DNA of 64,000 nt from an uncultured bacterium (GCA_937975685.1 CALJUG010000046.1:84-64083); one strand, 5' to 3'; counted from the stretch's first letter, positions 48,586-58,239 are shown. The notes: generated from the letters alone by a model not told the origin. Made by a program: numbers and translations.

Positions 48586-49815
48586 TTAGCGGTCGAGTTC
48601 GGCGGCGATGATGTTGAGGCTGCCCAGCACGGCCACGACGTCGGAGAGCGTGTGGCCGCGAATCAATCGCGGGAACAGGGCAAAGTGAATGAACGACGGC
48701 GGGCGGCAGCGCGCCCGATAGGCCACGTCGCTGCCGTCGCCCACCAGGTAAAAGCCCAGTTCGCCGTTGGGCGCTTCGATCGCGGCGTAAGACTCTTCGT
48801 GCGGCACGGTGAACCCGCGGTTGGCCATCACCAGCTCGAAGTGCGAAATCGTGCCTTCGATCGTCTGGTACACCTGCTGCTTGGGCGGCAGCGTGGTGCG
48901 CTCGTCGACGCCCACGTTCACCGGGCCCGAGGGCAGATTCTCGATCGCCTGCTCGACGATCTTCAGGCTCTCGCGCATCTCGGCCATGCGCACCAGGTAG
49001 CGGGCGAAGCAATCGCCGGCCGGAGCGCAGCAGATTTTGAAATCGAAGTCCTCGTACGCCAGGTACGGCTCGTCCTTGCGCAAGTCGCGTGTGACGCCGC
49101 TGGCGCGGGCAATCGGCCCCGAGGCGCTGCAGTTGATGGCGTCTTCCTTGGAGAGAACTCCGACCCCCTTGGTGCGGTCGACGAAAATGCGATTGCGGTT
49201 GAGCAACCGCTCCATGTCGTCGAGCGTGTGGGGAAACGTCTTGACGAACTTGCGAATCTTTTCCACCACCAACGGCGTGGCGTCGTACATCGCGCCGCCG
49301 GTGCGCGTATAGCTATTGGTGAAGCGGGCGCCGCAGAGCGTCTCGAAAATGTCGTACAGCACTTCCCGCTGATAGAACGCATACAGGAAGAACGTGAACG
49401 CCCCCACGTCGAGCCCCACGGCGCCGTTGGAGAGCAAGTGGTCGCTGATCCGCGCCAACTCGGCCAGGATCGTTCGCAGGTACTTGCAGCGCGGCGTGAG
49501 CTCGATGCCCAGCAGCTTCTCGACCGCACCGTGCCAGGCGATGTTGTTCGCCAGCGGCGAGATGTAGTTCATCCGGTCGGTGACCGTGACGTACTGGTTG
49601 TAGTCGAGGTGCTCGCCGATCTTCTCAAAGCCCGAGTGCAGATAGCCAATGTCGGGAATCGCGTCGACGACGCGTTCGCCCTCGAGCAGCAGCACGATCC
49701 GCAGCGTCGTGTGCGTGGCCGGATGCTGCGGGCCGAAGTTCAAGGTCCACAGATAGTCGCGGGCCTCGGCCTTAGCCAGATCGGCGATCGTCTTGGCTTT
49801 TTCGGCTACGGTCAT
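48586..49815 (-). CDS. nuoD: NADH-quinone oxidoreductase subunit D
   Basis: 409-aa 49-kDa subunit. NFGPQHPATHTTLR near the N-terminus, and C-terminal DVVAVLGSLNIIAAELDR. Confidence 0.95.
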   Translation of the reverse strand: MTVAEKAKTIADLAKAEARDYLWTLNFGPQHPATHTTLRIVLLLEGERVVDAIPDIGYLHSGFEKIGEHLDYNQYVTVTDRMNYISPLANNIAWHGAVEKLLGIELTPRCKYLRTILAELARISDHLLSNGAVGLDVGAFTFFLYAFYQREVLYDIFETLCGARFTNSYTRTGGAMYDATPLVVEKIRKFVKTFPHTLDDMERLLNRNRIFVDRTKGVGVLSKEDAINCSASGPIARASGVTRDLRKDEPYLAYEDFDFKICCAPAGDCFARYLVRMAEMRESLKIVEQAIENLPSGPVNVGVDERTTLPPKQQVYQTIEGTISHFELVMANRGFTVPHEESYAAIEAPNGELGFYLVGDGSDVAYRARCRPPSFIHFALFPRLIRGHTLSDVVAVLGSLNIIAAELDR

Positions 49816-49823
49816 GGCTGGCT

Positions 49824-50321
49824 CTACGAGTCGCCGCGGTGCAGTACGGGGAAATTATGCCGCTCGCCGCGGCCCTGCAGCGGATAGTCTTTGCGCAACG
49901 GAAACGCCGTGAAGGCCTCGGGCATGAGAATCCGCCGCAGGTCGGGATGCCCCTCGAAGCGGATGCCGAACATGTCCCAGACTTCGCGTTCCATCCAGTT
50001 GGCACCCTGGTACAGCGGCACGGCCGACGGAACGGTCAACTCCGGCTCGTCGAGAAACACCCGCAACGTGATCCGCTCGTTGGTTTGCGTGTTGGCCAGC
50101 AGGTAGGCCAGCCCAAATCGGTGCTCAGCGTCGCGAAAGTTGAGGTAGTCGACACACGTGATGTCGCACAAGAAGTCGAATCCCTGGGAATCGCGAAAGA
50201 ACGTGAGTACGTCGAAAAGCTTGTCGCGCGGTACGACGGCGCGCGATTGCGAGCGGAACTCGCTAAAGCGCAGCTCGGGAAACGCGCTTCCGGCGGCGGC
50301 GATCTTTTCGGAATCAATCAT
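49824..50321 (-). CDS. nuoC: NADH-quinone oxidoreductase subunit C
   Basis: 165-aa 30-kDa subunit pattern (ANWMEREVWDMFGIRFEGHPDLRRIL). Confidence 0.9.
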   Translation of the reverse strand: MIDSEKIAAAGSAFPELRFSEFRSQSRAVVPRDKLFDVLTFFRDSQGFDFLCDITCVDYLNFRDAEHRFGLAYLLANTQTNERITLRVFLDEPELTVPSAVPLYQGANWMEREVWDMFGIRFEGHPDLRRILMPEAFTAFPLRKDYPLQGRGERHNFPVLHRGDS

Positions 50322-50366
50322 TCGCGATCCATGCGCCAGGCGTTCGGGCCGCCGCAGTGGCAGATG

Positions 50367-50948
50367 CTATTCAACACGGACTCCCTGCGGCAGATTGCTG
50401 ACGCCGCGCGGCAGTGACACCACCGGCAACTCGACCAGGGCCCGCTTCGGTTCCTGGCGGCTGCGCATCGCGAACTCGCGGCCCGCGATCGTGCCTTCGG
50501 CCTCGATCTTGTCCTGCAGGTCGATGATCGACTGAATCAGTTGTTCGGGACGCGGCGGGCAACCCGGCACGTACATGTCGACCGGGATAAATCGGTCGAT
50601 CCCCTGCACCACGCAATAAGTGTCGAACACGCCCCCGGTCGAGGCACACGCGCCCATCGAGATGCACCACTTCGGCTCGTGCATCTGCTGCCAGATCCGT
50701 TGCAACACCGGCAGCATCTTCATCACCACGCGGCCGGCCACGATCATCAGATCGCACTGCCGCGGGCTGAAGCGCATCACTTCAGCGCCGAAGCGCGCCA
50801 AGTCGTGGCGGCTGGCGCCGGTGGCCATCAATTCGATTCCGCAGCAGGCCGTGGCAAAGGGCATGGGCCACAGGCTGTTCTTACGGCACCAATTGGCCAG
50901 CGAGTCCAGGCGGCTGACGACCACATTCTCCGGTACGTCTATCGCCAT
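50367..50948 (-). CDS. nuoB: NADH-quinone oxidoreductase subunit B
   Basis: ATG at 50948 (MAIDVPE). ATACCGIELMA and VPGCPPRPE are the N2 cluster ligands. It overlaps the nuoA stop by 10 nt. Confidence 0.93.
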   Translation of the reverse strand: MAIDVPENVVVSRLDSLANWCRKNSLWPMPFATACCGIELMATGASRHDLARFGAEVMRFSPRQCDLMIVAGRVVMKMLPVLQRIWQQMHEPKWCISMGACASTGGVFDTYCVVQGIDRFIPVDMYVPGCPPRPEQLIQSIIDLQDKIEAEGTIAGREFAMRSRQEPKRALVELPVVSLPRGVSNLPQGVRVE

Positions 50949-51337
50949 CGAAAAACCCCCTTTCGCCAGGCGTATACAAACGCGGCGGCCAAAAAGACGA
51001 TGAACACCAGCGCTTCGCCAAACACCAGGCCTCGGCTGGCCACCCAACCGGACGCGACCGCGCGATCGACGCCCTCGGGATTGCGGCTGGCGACGGCCCA
51101 GGGATAGAGAAACAGCAACTCGACGTCGAACACCAAAAAGGCAATCGCCACCAGGTAGAACCGCACGTCGAAGCGGCGCCGCGTATCGTGAATCGGGTCC
51201 ATGCCGCTCTCGTACGGCATTTCTTTCACCCGACCCGACTTGCTGGGCCCGATGGCCGCGCCGGCAATCAGCAGTACGACGGCCAGAAGCGTCGCCGCAC
51301 CGGCGAACATAAATATCGGTAAGACGGCCTGATCCAT
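50939..51337 (-). CDS. nuoA: NADH-quinone oxidoreductase subunit A
   Basis: 132-aa 3-TM ND3-like protein (YESGMDP, FDVELLFLYPWA). First gene of the operon. Confidence 0.9.
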   Translation of the reverse strand: MDQAVLPIFMFAGAATLLAVVLLIAGAAIGPSKSGRVKEMPYESGMDPIHDTRRRFDVRFYLVAIAFLVFDVELLFLYPWAVASRNPEGVDRAVASGWVASRGLVFGEALVFIVFLAAAFVYAWRKGVFRWR

Positions 51338-51361
51338 GAGTCCGTTGGGGGTGGCAAATCG

Positions 51362-51391
51362 CCTACTTTGTGAATCTTGTCACAAAGTAGG
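51362..51391 (-). promoter_or_regulatory. perfect 12-bp inverted repeat containing a CRP-type core TGTGA-N6-TCACA, 25 nt upstream of nuoA
   Basis: CCTACTTTGTGA-atcttg-TCACAAAGTAGG (arms at 51362-51373 and 51380-51391). It matches the CRP-family consensus half-sites and spacing. Alternatively it could form a 12-bp 5'-UTR hairpin. Confidence 0.5.
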
Positions 51392-51671
51392 GCCGATGAA
51401 AAGACCCGAACAGCGGGTCTCGTGCGTCGAAAACGGCGTAAATCCAGGCGCTCTCGGAAGGTCGGACGCCTAAAAGATCGTATCGATCCCCCGGTAACCG
51501 GTCAAGCGGGCACATGCGGCGTTGAACCAGCGGCTTCCCGCCCTCGGCGGGCCCCAGGTGTCAGGCTCACCTGGTCGGAGCCGTGCCGGGCCGCGGGGGC
51601 GTCGTAGGACCGCAATCCGCCGCTAACTGCGGGCATCAAAGCGTCGCGTAGCCAGCGAGGCTCAAATAGGT

Positions 51672-52910
51672 ATGATGACGACGCCGTTTGCCAAGACGCC
51701 CCCGAATTTCGCCCACGACATGCCCGACGTGACCAAAATTCTGTCCGACCTGGTGGCGCTGCCCAGCGTGAACCCCATGGGCGGCTTCGACGACGGCCCG
51801 GAATTTTACGAATACCGGGTGAGCGAGTACCTGGAGGCGTTTTTTCTCTCTTTGGGGGTGACCTATCAGCGGCAGACCGTGGCGCCCAAGCGTGACAACG
51901 TCGTGGCCCGGCTCGACGGCACCACCCCGCCGGACCAAGGCGGCGGCGTGCTGATGTTCGAAGCCCACCAGGACACCGTGCCCGTGACGGGCATGACGAT
52001 CCCGCCCTGGACGCCGACGGTGCGCGACGGGCGGCTTTACGGTCGCGGGGCTTGCGACATCAAGGGCGGCATGGCGGCCATGCTTTCCGCCTTCGCACGT
52101 CTGGCCGATGAGCGCCCCGCCGACATGCCCACGCTGATCATGGCCTGCACGGTCAACGAAGAGCACGGCTATACGGGGGCTTCGGCCCTGGTCGAGCTAT
52201 GGGACAAGGAAGACTCGATTTTTCCGCGCCAGCCCGATGGGGCCATCGTCGCCGAGCCGACGGGGTTGCAGGCGGTCGTGGCACACAAAGGTGTCGTGCG
52301 TTGGCGCTGCCACGCCCGGGGCCGCGCCGGGCACAGCTCGCAGCCGCATCTGGCGGTCAGCGCTATTTTCAAGATGCACCCCGTGCTCAAGGCGCTCGAG
52401 CGCTATCAAACCGAAATCGCCCCCTCGCTGGGCCGGCATCCGCGTTGCGGCACGCCAACCTTGAGCGTGGGCACGATCACCGGCGGCTTGAGCGTCAACA
52501 CCGTACCCGATCTCTGCACGATTCAGATCGACCGGCGACTGATTCCCGGCGAGGATCCGCACGAGGCCTACCGCCACGTCGTGGACTTCATCGCCTGGGA
52601 AACCGAGAAGGATGCGGCCATCGAGCACGAAGAGCCGTTCTTGATTGGCTACGGCCTGCGCGACGAACAGAACACCGCGCTAGCCAGCGCGCTGGTGGCT
52701 GCCGCGGGCGAAGCGGGCATCGACTGCGAGACGATCGGCGTAGCGTACGGGACCGACGCGGCGGCGTTTGCCGCGGCCGGAGTGCCCTCGGTGGTGTTCG
52801 GCCCCGGCTCGATCGACCAGGCCCACACGGCCGACGAATGGGTGCCGCTCGACGAGTTGCGGCTGGCGAGCGAGGCCCTCTATCACTTGGGCCGCCGCGG
52901 CATTCAATGA
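51672..52910 (+). CDS. M20-family metallopeptidase (ArgE/DapE/acetylornithine deacetylase-like)
   Basis: LVALPSVNP, FEAHQDTVPV, and RDGRLYGRGACDIKGGMAAML are M20 family motifs. 412 aa. Confidence 0.85.
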   Translation: MMTTPFAKTPPNFAHDMPDVTKILSDLVALPSVNPMGGFDDGPEFYEYRVSEYLEAFFLSLGVTYQRQTVAPKRDNVVARLDGTTPPDQGGGVLMFEAHQDTVPVTGMTIPPWTPTVRDGRLYGRGACDIKGGMAAMLSAFARLADERPADMPTLIMACTVNEEHGYTGASALVELWDKEDSIFPRQPDGAIVAEPTGLQAVVAHKGVVRWRCHARGRAGHSSQPHLAVSAIFKMHPVLKALERYQTEIAPSLGRHPRCGTPTLSVGTITGGLSVNTVPDLCTIQIDRRLIPGEDPHEAYRHVVDFIAWETEKDAAIEHEEPFLIGYGLRDEQNTALASALVAAAGEAGIDCETIGVAYGTDAAAFAAAGVPSVVFGPGSIDQAHTADEWVPLDELRLASEALYHLGRRGIQ

Positions 52911-52911
52911 C

Positions 52912-52941
52912 AAAGGAGCCGGGAGGGCTCCCGGCTCCTTT
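52912..52941. terminator. perfect palindromic hairpin after the M20 peptidase gene (terminator candidate, bidirectional geometry)
   Basis: AAAGGAGCCGGGAG-gg-CTCCCGGCTCCTTT starts 2 nt after the TGA at 52908-52910. A/T runs at both ends of the stem could serve either strand. Confidence 0.5.
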
Positions 52942-53113
52942 CGTCTCGTACGGTCCGAGTGGACCGCCCCGTTCAAAGATTGGGTGCCAGTGGTGACCGT
53001 CCGCCACTCCGCGGCCGGCTCTCACTCAAGTAAGTGACTTCCACGCGTGCGGTTCTGGCACGTCGGATGCGACGGTCACCACCCGCACCCAGACCTTTCT
53101 TGTGCGCTCTGTG

Positions 53114-53440
53114 CTAGAACGTATCCAGAATGAAGTGGCTGCCCATGTGATACAGCCGCCCCTCGGGATACATGTTCATCCACTGCTTGTTGTAGACCGG
53201 AATTCGCATCTCGGGCGGATAGCGGTAGTACAGGTCGTTGGAGCTCTGGTAGTACTCGCTGGCCCAGAAATTCTGCGGGTAGTAGACGTACGGGTAGTGG
53301 TACAGGCGGTTCCAGTCCTGGGTGCTGTAGCTGCCGCCCCACTTCTGGCCGAAAGCCTGTTGTTGGGCCTGGGCTTCGCGCGCCGACAGCACGCTGAGCA
53401 CGGCCGCGCATGCAAGCGCAAGCACAATCCGGCGGATCAT
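53114..53440 (-). CDS. small secreted Tyr/Trp-rich protein
   Basis: Signal peptide MIRRIVLALACAAVLSVLSAREAQA. The mature protein of about 80 aa carries 13 Tyr and 5 Trp (YHYPYVYYPQNFWASEYYQSSNDLYYRYPPE). No family recognised. Confidence 0.7.
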   Translation of the reverse strand: MIRRIVLALACAAVLSVLSAREAQAQQQAFGQKWGGSYSTQDWNRLYHYPYVYYPQNFWASEYYQSSNDLYYRYPPEMRIPVYNKQWMNMYPEGRLYHMGSHFILDTF

Positions 53441-53638
53441 CGAATTTCCCCCCTAAGGATTCCTGCCAGCGGACGAGGGGTGCGTTGTGCGGAACGCCCT
53501 CTCCATGCTGGACTGGGTCTAACTCTTACCATCGGCAAGCGTCACAGACCGCATTGAGGGAATATTCGCTACGACCGTCAACGTCGCACGCCCCCGACAG
53601 CTCGTGGAGCTAGCAGCGATTGGGCAAGCCAAGTGGCC

Positions 53639-54421
53639 CTATCCGGGCATTTTGCCGGCGGCCAGTTCCTTGTCCCACTCGTCCATCAGCGGCCAGTCGA
53701 CGGCACAGGTGCCGAAATCGGCCATGTGCAGATAGCCGGTTAAACGCTCGATCGCCGCGTCGAGCAGCGCGTCGTCCTTGCGAAAGATGGGGCCGTGACT
53801 GGGCAGCAGCCACTCGACGTCGGAGGACCGAATGCGTTTCAGCGATGCGATAAACGCCTGAATGTCGCTGCCGTGGTGCGCGTCGATGGCTCCGACGCAG
53901 CCGTCACGGTAAATGTTGTCGCCGCTAAACAGCAAGTTTCCCAGGCGGAAGGACAGTTGGCTGTCGGTGTGGCCGGGCGTGTGCCAGACTTCGAGCTCAA
54001 GCTGGCCCACGTGAATCTTGTCGCCCTCGCCGATCGTCTCGTCGAGCTTGATCGGCGGCATCTCCAAGTGGATGCCCTGGGCGGCGATCTCGGCAAACGT
54101 CGTCACGCGGTCGCCGGCGGCCAGGGGCTCGGCCGCCAACGGATGCCCCACGACCTTGGTCTTGAGCAGTTGGTTGATCTTGGCCAGACCCTGAATGTGG
54201 TCGACGTCGGCGTGCGTGGCGACCAGCATCTTGCAGTGGGAAAGCGGAAAATCGAGTTGGCGGATGAGCTCCACGATCTCGTCGACCGTTTCCTCGTAGC
54301 CCACGTCAATCAGCAGCCACTCGGGCTCGTCGTAGATCAGATAGACGTTGCAGCCCATCCGTTCGCCGGCCTGATGGTTGATCTCGATCACGTGCGGGAA
54401 CACGGGTTTCCGCTGAATCAT
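53639..54421 (-). CDS. MBL-fold metallo-hydrolase
   Basis: ATG at 54421 (MIQRKPV). The ATHADVDH (HxHxDH) motif, then HTPGHT. Confidence 0.85.
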   Translation of the reverse strand: MIQRKPVFPHVIEINHQAGERMGCNVYLIYDEPEWLLIDVGYEETVDEIVELIRQLDFPLSHCKMLVATHADVDHIQGLAKINQLLKTKVVGHPLAAEPLAAGDRVTTFAEIAAQGIHLEMPPIKLDETIGEGDKIHVGQLELEVWHTPGHTDSQLSFRLGNLLFSGDNIYRDGCVGAIDAHHGSDIQAFIASLKRIRSSDVEWLLPSHGPIFRKDDALLDAAIERLTGYLHMADFGTCAVDWPLMDEWDKELAAGKMPG

Positions 54422-54543
54422 GGCGTCTGGTCCTTCCTGCTCTCGCCCAGCGGCGCGGGCACCCTGGATAGCCGGCGGTGCAAAGCAACGAATTCTAAAA
54501 AGAGCCCGGCACAGCGGCAAGCACACCGGTGGCCGCGGCTGAG

Positions 54544-55425
54544 CTACGCCTCCGCAGAATCCTCGTTTTCGGCCGCCAGAATCGCCGATAGGCCCTCACG
54601 ATACGTCGGATAGGCAAGCGCCACATTCAGTTCCGCCTGCATCCGCTCGTTGGACACACGCTTGTTCGAGGTGGCTCGCGCTGCCGAGGAGGAATCCGGA
54701 GCCGGCGTGGCAAACACCGGCGGAGGTACCCCGACCAGCCGGGCCAACTCCTGGTAGTAGGCTCGCCGTTCAATGGCGTGCCCGTCGGAAACCAGGTAAG
54801 TCTGCGGGGGCTCGGCTCGCTCGGCGGCCGCCAATACCACGCTGCACGCGTCGTCGACGTGAATCAGGTTCAGCCAGCCCCGCTCGGGCGCAGGGATCGG
54901 CTCGCCAGCGCAAATCTTGGCCACCAGCGGAATCCGGCCCGGGCCGTAGATGCCGGCTAGCCGCAGCACGACGCCGCGCTGCCCCAAGGGGTGTGCCCAC
55001 AGTGTTTGCTCGGCTGCCAGCGAAGCGCGTCCGCCTTCGCGCGAAGGTTCAGTTGCCGATCGCTCGTCGACGATCTCGCCCTCGGTTTGGCCATAGACGC
55101 CGGTGGAGCTGATGTAGATCAACCTGCCCGTTTCCGCAGGCAGGGCATCGAGAACGTGGGCCAACCCGCCGGCATAGGTCTCGTGGATCGACGCGTTGGA
55201 ACGGCGATCGTAGCCGACGGCGAACAACACGGAATCGGCCACGGGCAAATCCGCCAGCGTTTCAGGCCGCAGAACGTCGGCCACGATGCTGCAGTAGCCT
55301 TCGTCGGCCAGTTCACGGCTGCGGGCTTCGCTACGAGTGACTACGAACACGTCGTGCCCCGCGTCGCGCCATCGCCGCGCCACGCGCTGGCCCAGGTATC
55401 CGCAGCCGATGATGAGCTTGGACAT
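54544..55425 (-). CDS. NAD(P)-dependent SDR-family oxidoreductase/epimerase-like protein
   Basis: N-terminal Rossmann motif [16 protein letters not shown], 293 aa, atypical/extended SDR layout. Confidence 0.75.
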   Translation of the reverse strand: MSKLIIGCGYLGQRVARRWRDAGHDVFVVTRSEARSRELADEGYCSIVADVLRPETLADLPVADSVLFAVGYDRRSNASIHETYAGGLAHVLDALPAETGRLIYISSTGVYGQTEGEIVDERSATEPSREGGRASLAAEQTLWAHPLGQRGVVLRLAGIYGPGRIPLVAKICAGEPIPAPERGWLNLIHVDDACSVVLAAAERAEPPQTYLVSDGHAIERRAYYQELARLVGVPPPVFATPAPDSSSAARATSNKRVSNERMQAELNVALAYPTYREGLSAILAAENEDSAEA

Positions 55426-55449
55426 GATCGGAGGTCTCGTGGGCTGACC

Positions 55450-55529
55450 CCGACACTAGCCCGAAGCGCAAGCGAGGGTGGTTCGTTCCTCTTGCCGCGA
55501 CCCTCGCTTGCGGTTCGGGCTAGTGTCGG
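55450..55529. repeat. 30-bp near-perfect inverted repeat (29/30 pairs) with 20-nt loop
   Basis: CCGACACTAGCCCGAAGCGCAAGCGAGGGT (55450-55479) pairs with ACCCTCGCTTGCGGTTCGGGCTAGTGTCGG (55500-55529), with one G/G mismatch. It sits between ruvX and the SDR gene, which are on the same strand. Confidence 0.85.
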
Positions 55530-55546
55530 AGCATTTTCATCTGCAA

Positions 55547-56023
55547 TTAGTCATCCAACCCCTGCGGTTCGACGGGTTCATCGCCGCGGGTGCGGAGTTG
55601 CTCGAGGTAGGCCGAGAGCATGATCTGGGCGGCCAGCTTATCGAGCCGCTGTTTGCGTTTCTTCTTGCTCAATTGCGCGGCCGCCAGGTGCTGCTCGGCG
55701 TCGAACGTCGTGAACCGTTCGTCGAAAAAGACGACTTCGATGCCGGTCGTTTCGGCCAGCCAGGTGCCGAACTGCCTCGCCTCGGCCGACTTCTGGCTTT
55801 CGCGACCGTCGAGGTGCACCGGCAGCCCCACGACGAACCGCACGATGCCTTCTTCAGCCACCAGGCGGCGGAAGCGCTCGGCGTCGAGGCGCGGATTGCG
55901 GCGCGTGTAGTTTTCGTAAGGACTGGCGATCGCCGTCTCGACGTCCGCCACGGCGATGCCCACGCGGACGGTGCCGTAGTCGATTCCCGCGATTCTACCC
56001 GGCGGAGGATTCACCGCGGGCAC
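55547..56023 (-). CDS. ruvX: Holliday junction resolvase-like protein RuvX/YqgF
   Basis: GRIAGIDYGTVRVGIAVAD...VVGLPVHLDGRES...VFFDERFTT is the YqgF pattern. 158 aa. Confidence 0.9.
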   Translation of the reverse strand: MPAVNPPPGRIAGIDYGTVRVGIAVADVETAIASPYENYTRRNPRLDAERFRRLVAEEGIVRFVVGLPVHLDGRESQKSAEARQFGTWLAETTGIEVVFFDERFTTFDAEQHLAAAQLSKKKRKQRLDKLAAQIMLSAYLEQLRTRGDEPVEPQGLDD

Positions 56024-56026
56024 CCC

Positions 56027-57085
56027 CTACCGCGCCGGCCGTGCCGCACCCGGCCGGCGGGCCAGTGGCGACTCTTCGGCGATAGGCCCGATCGGGCTGC
56101 GCGATTCAGGCGATACGAAATAGCCGTTCTGCAGAAATCGCAGTGTGTACTCTTGCACCTTCTCGTCGTCCATCATGAACGTGTGCATCACCGGCAGCAC
56201 GGCGAAATCGGCCGCACCGGGCAGCCGCGTAGTTTCGACGCTGACGACCATGTCGTTGTCGCCCGTGAGCAAGGGGTTGTATCCCTGTTCGTTGCCCCGG
56301 CCCCCGGCCAGGATGCCGAACTCGCAATGGGGCGTGGCCAGGTTGGCTTCGAGCCGCGCCCATTCCCCGGCCAGTTGGCTGCCCGACTTGCCGGCCACGG
56401 TATGAAACAGGCCCAGGTTGCCCAGCGCTTCGGCCAGTTCGGCGCCGCGGTTGGGCGGCCCGAGCATCACGATGCGATGAATCCGCGGATCGGGTTGCAG
56501 ACCCTGCCCGGGCCGCGTGTGATCGGCCAGGTAGTGCCGCACGACCAGGTTGCCCAGGCTGTGCCCGACGAAATCGATCTGATCAATCCCTTCCAGGTGT
56601 TGCACGATGCTGGCCAGCGAGAGGGCGTGGTCGGAGACGGTGCCGCGAGTGGTGGGATAGTTGACGTTGAAGACGGTGTAGCCGCCCACTTTGGCCAGGT
56701 AGCGGCTCAGCTTGTTCATCGAGCTGGCGCTGCGAAACAGTCCGTGCAAGACGATCACGCCCGGCCCGCGCATCGGCGGCAGCGAGCGTTCGCGTTTGAT
56801 TTCCTCGAGCTTGTGCTGACACTCGGCGAAGGTGCCCCAGGCGTGCCGCAGGTTGTAGCCGTCCAACAGGCGGTAGTGGTCCGTGAACACATTCCGCTGG
56901 ATGTGCCAATCGTGAAAGAACAGTTCGTCGGCCCAAAACTGTTTGCCGCCGAGCGTCGGCAGAATCGCGTTCATGTTGCCGGTCGAAGGTTCGGGAGATT
57001 CCACGTCCTGGGCCTCCAAGCGTCCGGGCCCGTACAGCCCCGTGGCCAGTGCTGCGCACAGCTTCGCAAATTCGCGTCGGTGCAT
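56027..57085 (-). CDS. secreted alpha/beta hydrolase (lipase/esterase-like)
   Basis: ATG at 57085 with the Tat-like MHRREFAKLCAALATGL. GVIVLHGLF and the nucleophile elbow GHSLGN. The longer track ORF (to 57574) is rejected because it overlaps the next gene. Confidence 0.75.
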   Translation of the reverse strand: MHRREFAKLCAALATGLYGPGRLEAQDVESPEPSTGNMNAILPTLGGKQFWADELFFHDWHIQRNVFTDHYRLLDGYNLRHAWGTFAECQHKLEEIKRERSLPPMRGPGVIVLHGLFRSASSMNKLSRYLAKVGGYTVFNVNYPTTRGTVSDHALSLASIVQHLEGIDQIDFVGHSLGNLVVRHYLADHTRPGQGLQPDPRIHRIVMLGPPNRGAELAEALGNLGLFHTVAGKSGSQLAGEWARLEANLATPHCEFGILAGGRGNEQGYNPLLTGDNDMVVSVETTRLPGAADFAVLPVMHTFMMDDEKVQEYTLRFLQNGYFVSPESRSPIGPIAEESPLARRPGAARPAR

Positions 57086-57099
57086 CCGTTCACCTTTAC

Positions 57100-58167
57100 T
57101 TAAAGGTACTGTTGCCAGTCGCGCTCGGCAATCATCTTTGAGAGCTGGCGAATCGACTCCTCGTCGTGCTTGTTGGCCACGAGCGTCGCGTCGGGCGTGT
57201 GGACCACGATCAGATCGGAAACACCCAGCGTGACGATCAAATGCTCGTCGCCGCCGCGAACGATGGTGCCGCTGGTGCGCAGCCCGAGGTGCCGCGCCGC
57301 GATCGTGTTGCCCTCGCCATCGGTGCCGCGCAGCCGGGCGATGGCCTGCCAACTGCCGACGTCGTCCCACGCGAAGGGCGCCTCGACCACAACCACGTCC
57401 TTGGCGTGTTCCATCACGGCGTAGTCGATCGAGATGCCCTGGATGGCCGTGAACTCCTGCTCGAGCACCTGCGGATAGCGCGAGCTGCCGGCCGCCGCGT
57501 CGATCGTCCGCAGCCGCACGAGCATCTCGGGCTGGTGCTCGGCCAGCGCGTCGAGGATCGTCGAGGCACGCCACACGAAGATGCCCGAGTTCCAGTAGAA
57601 GGTGCCGGCCGCCACGTACTGGCAGGCCAGGTCGGCCTTCGGTTTCTCGCGAAAGTTGTTGACGTGGTAGATCCCGTCAGCCAACGCCTCGCCGCGCTCG
57701 ATGTAGCCGAACGACTCGGCCGGATACGAAGGGCGAATGCCGAACGTGACGATCCGCTCGGGGGCTTCTTCCACCAGCTTCGCGGCCGAGGAGATCGCCC
57801 GGCAAAAATCCTCGGCCGGCGAGATCACGTGATCCGAAGGCATCACGGCCATGATGCCCTCCGGGTCGTGCCGCGCGACGGCCAGCGCCGCCAGTCCGAT
57901 GCAGGGCGCCGTGTCGCGCCGGCAGGGCTCTCCGATCAGGGCGCTGGCGGGCAACTGAGGCAGTTGATTCCAGATCTCGTCCACCAGGCTGGCGTTGGTG
58001 ACGATCAACACCCTCTCCGGCGGAATCAGGGAGCCGAGCCTTTCAACCGTCGACTGGATCATCGACTGGTCGCCGACCAAGCGCAACAGTTGCTTGGGGC
58101 GCGAGGATCGGCTCTCGGGCCAGAACCGAGTTCCCGATCCACCGGCCATGATCACTGCGTGCAGCAT
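57100..58167 (-). CDS. mannose-1-phosphate guanylyltransferase (GDP-mannose pyrophosphorylase, no PMI domain)
   Basis: MLHAVIMAGGSGTRFWPESR...PKQLL is the N-terminal NTP-transferase signature of ManC/CpsB-type enzymes. 355 aa. Confidence 0.85.
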   Translation of the reverse strand: MLHAVIMAGGSGTRFWPESRSSRPKQLLRLVGDQSMIQSTVERLGSLIPPERVLIVTNASLVDEIWNQLPQLPASALIGEPCRRDTAPCIGLAALAVARHDPEGIMAVMPSDHVISPAEDFCRAISSAAKLVEEAPERIVTFGIRPSYPAESFGYIERGEALADGIYHVNNFREKPKADLACQYVAAGTFYWNSGIFVWRASTILDALAEHQPEMLVRLRTIDAAAGSSRYPQVLEQEFTAIQGISIDYAVMEHAKDVVVVEAPFAWDDVGSWQAIARLRGTDGEGNTIAARHLGLRTSGTIVRGGDEHLIVTLGVSDLIVVHTPDATLVANKHDEESIRQLSKMIAERDWQQYL

Positions 58168-58239
58168 TGCGTGTCGCTCGTCGTTTCGCGCGAGCGCGTC
58201 TGGAGTGCGTGCGATTCCGACGCCCTGGGGCGGCGTAGG

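Noticed and set aside
51402-51420. Hairpin AGACCCG-aacag-CGGGTCT, followed on the minus strand by TTTT, just upstream of the CRP-like site. It could be an attenuator in a long nuo leader.
   Set aside because: The stem is only 7 bp and the T-run only 4 nt. No upstream minus-strand gene or mapped promoter supports a long leader, so it is too weak to call without transcript data.
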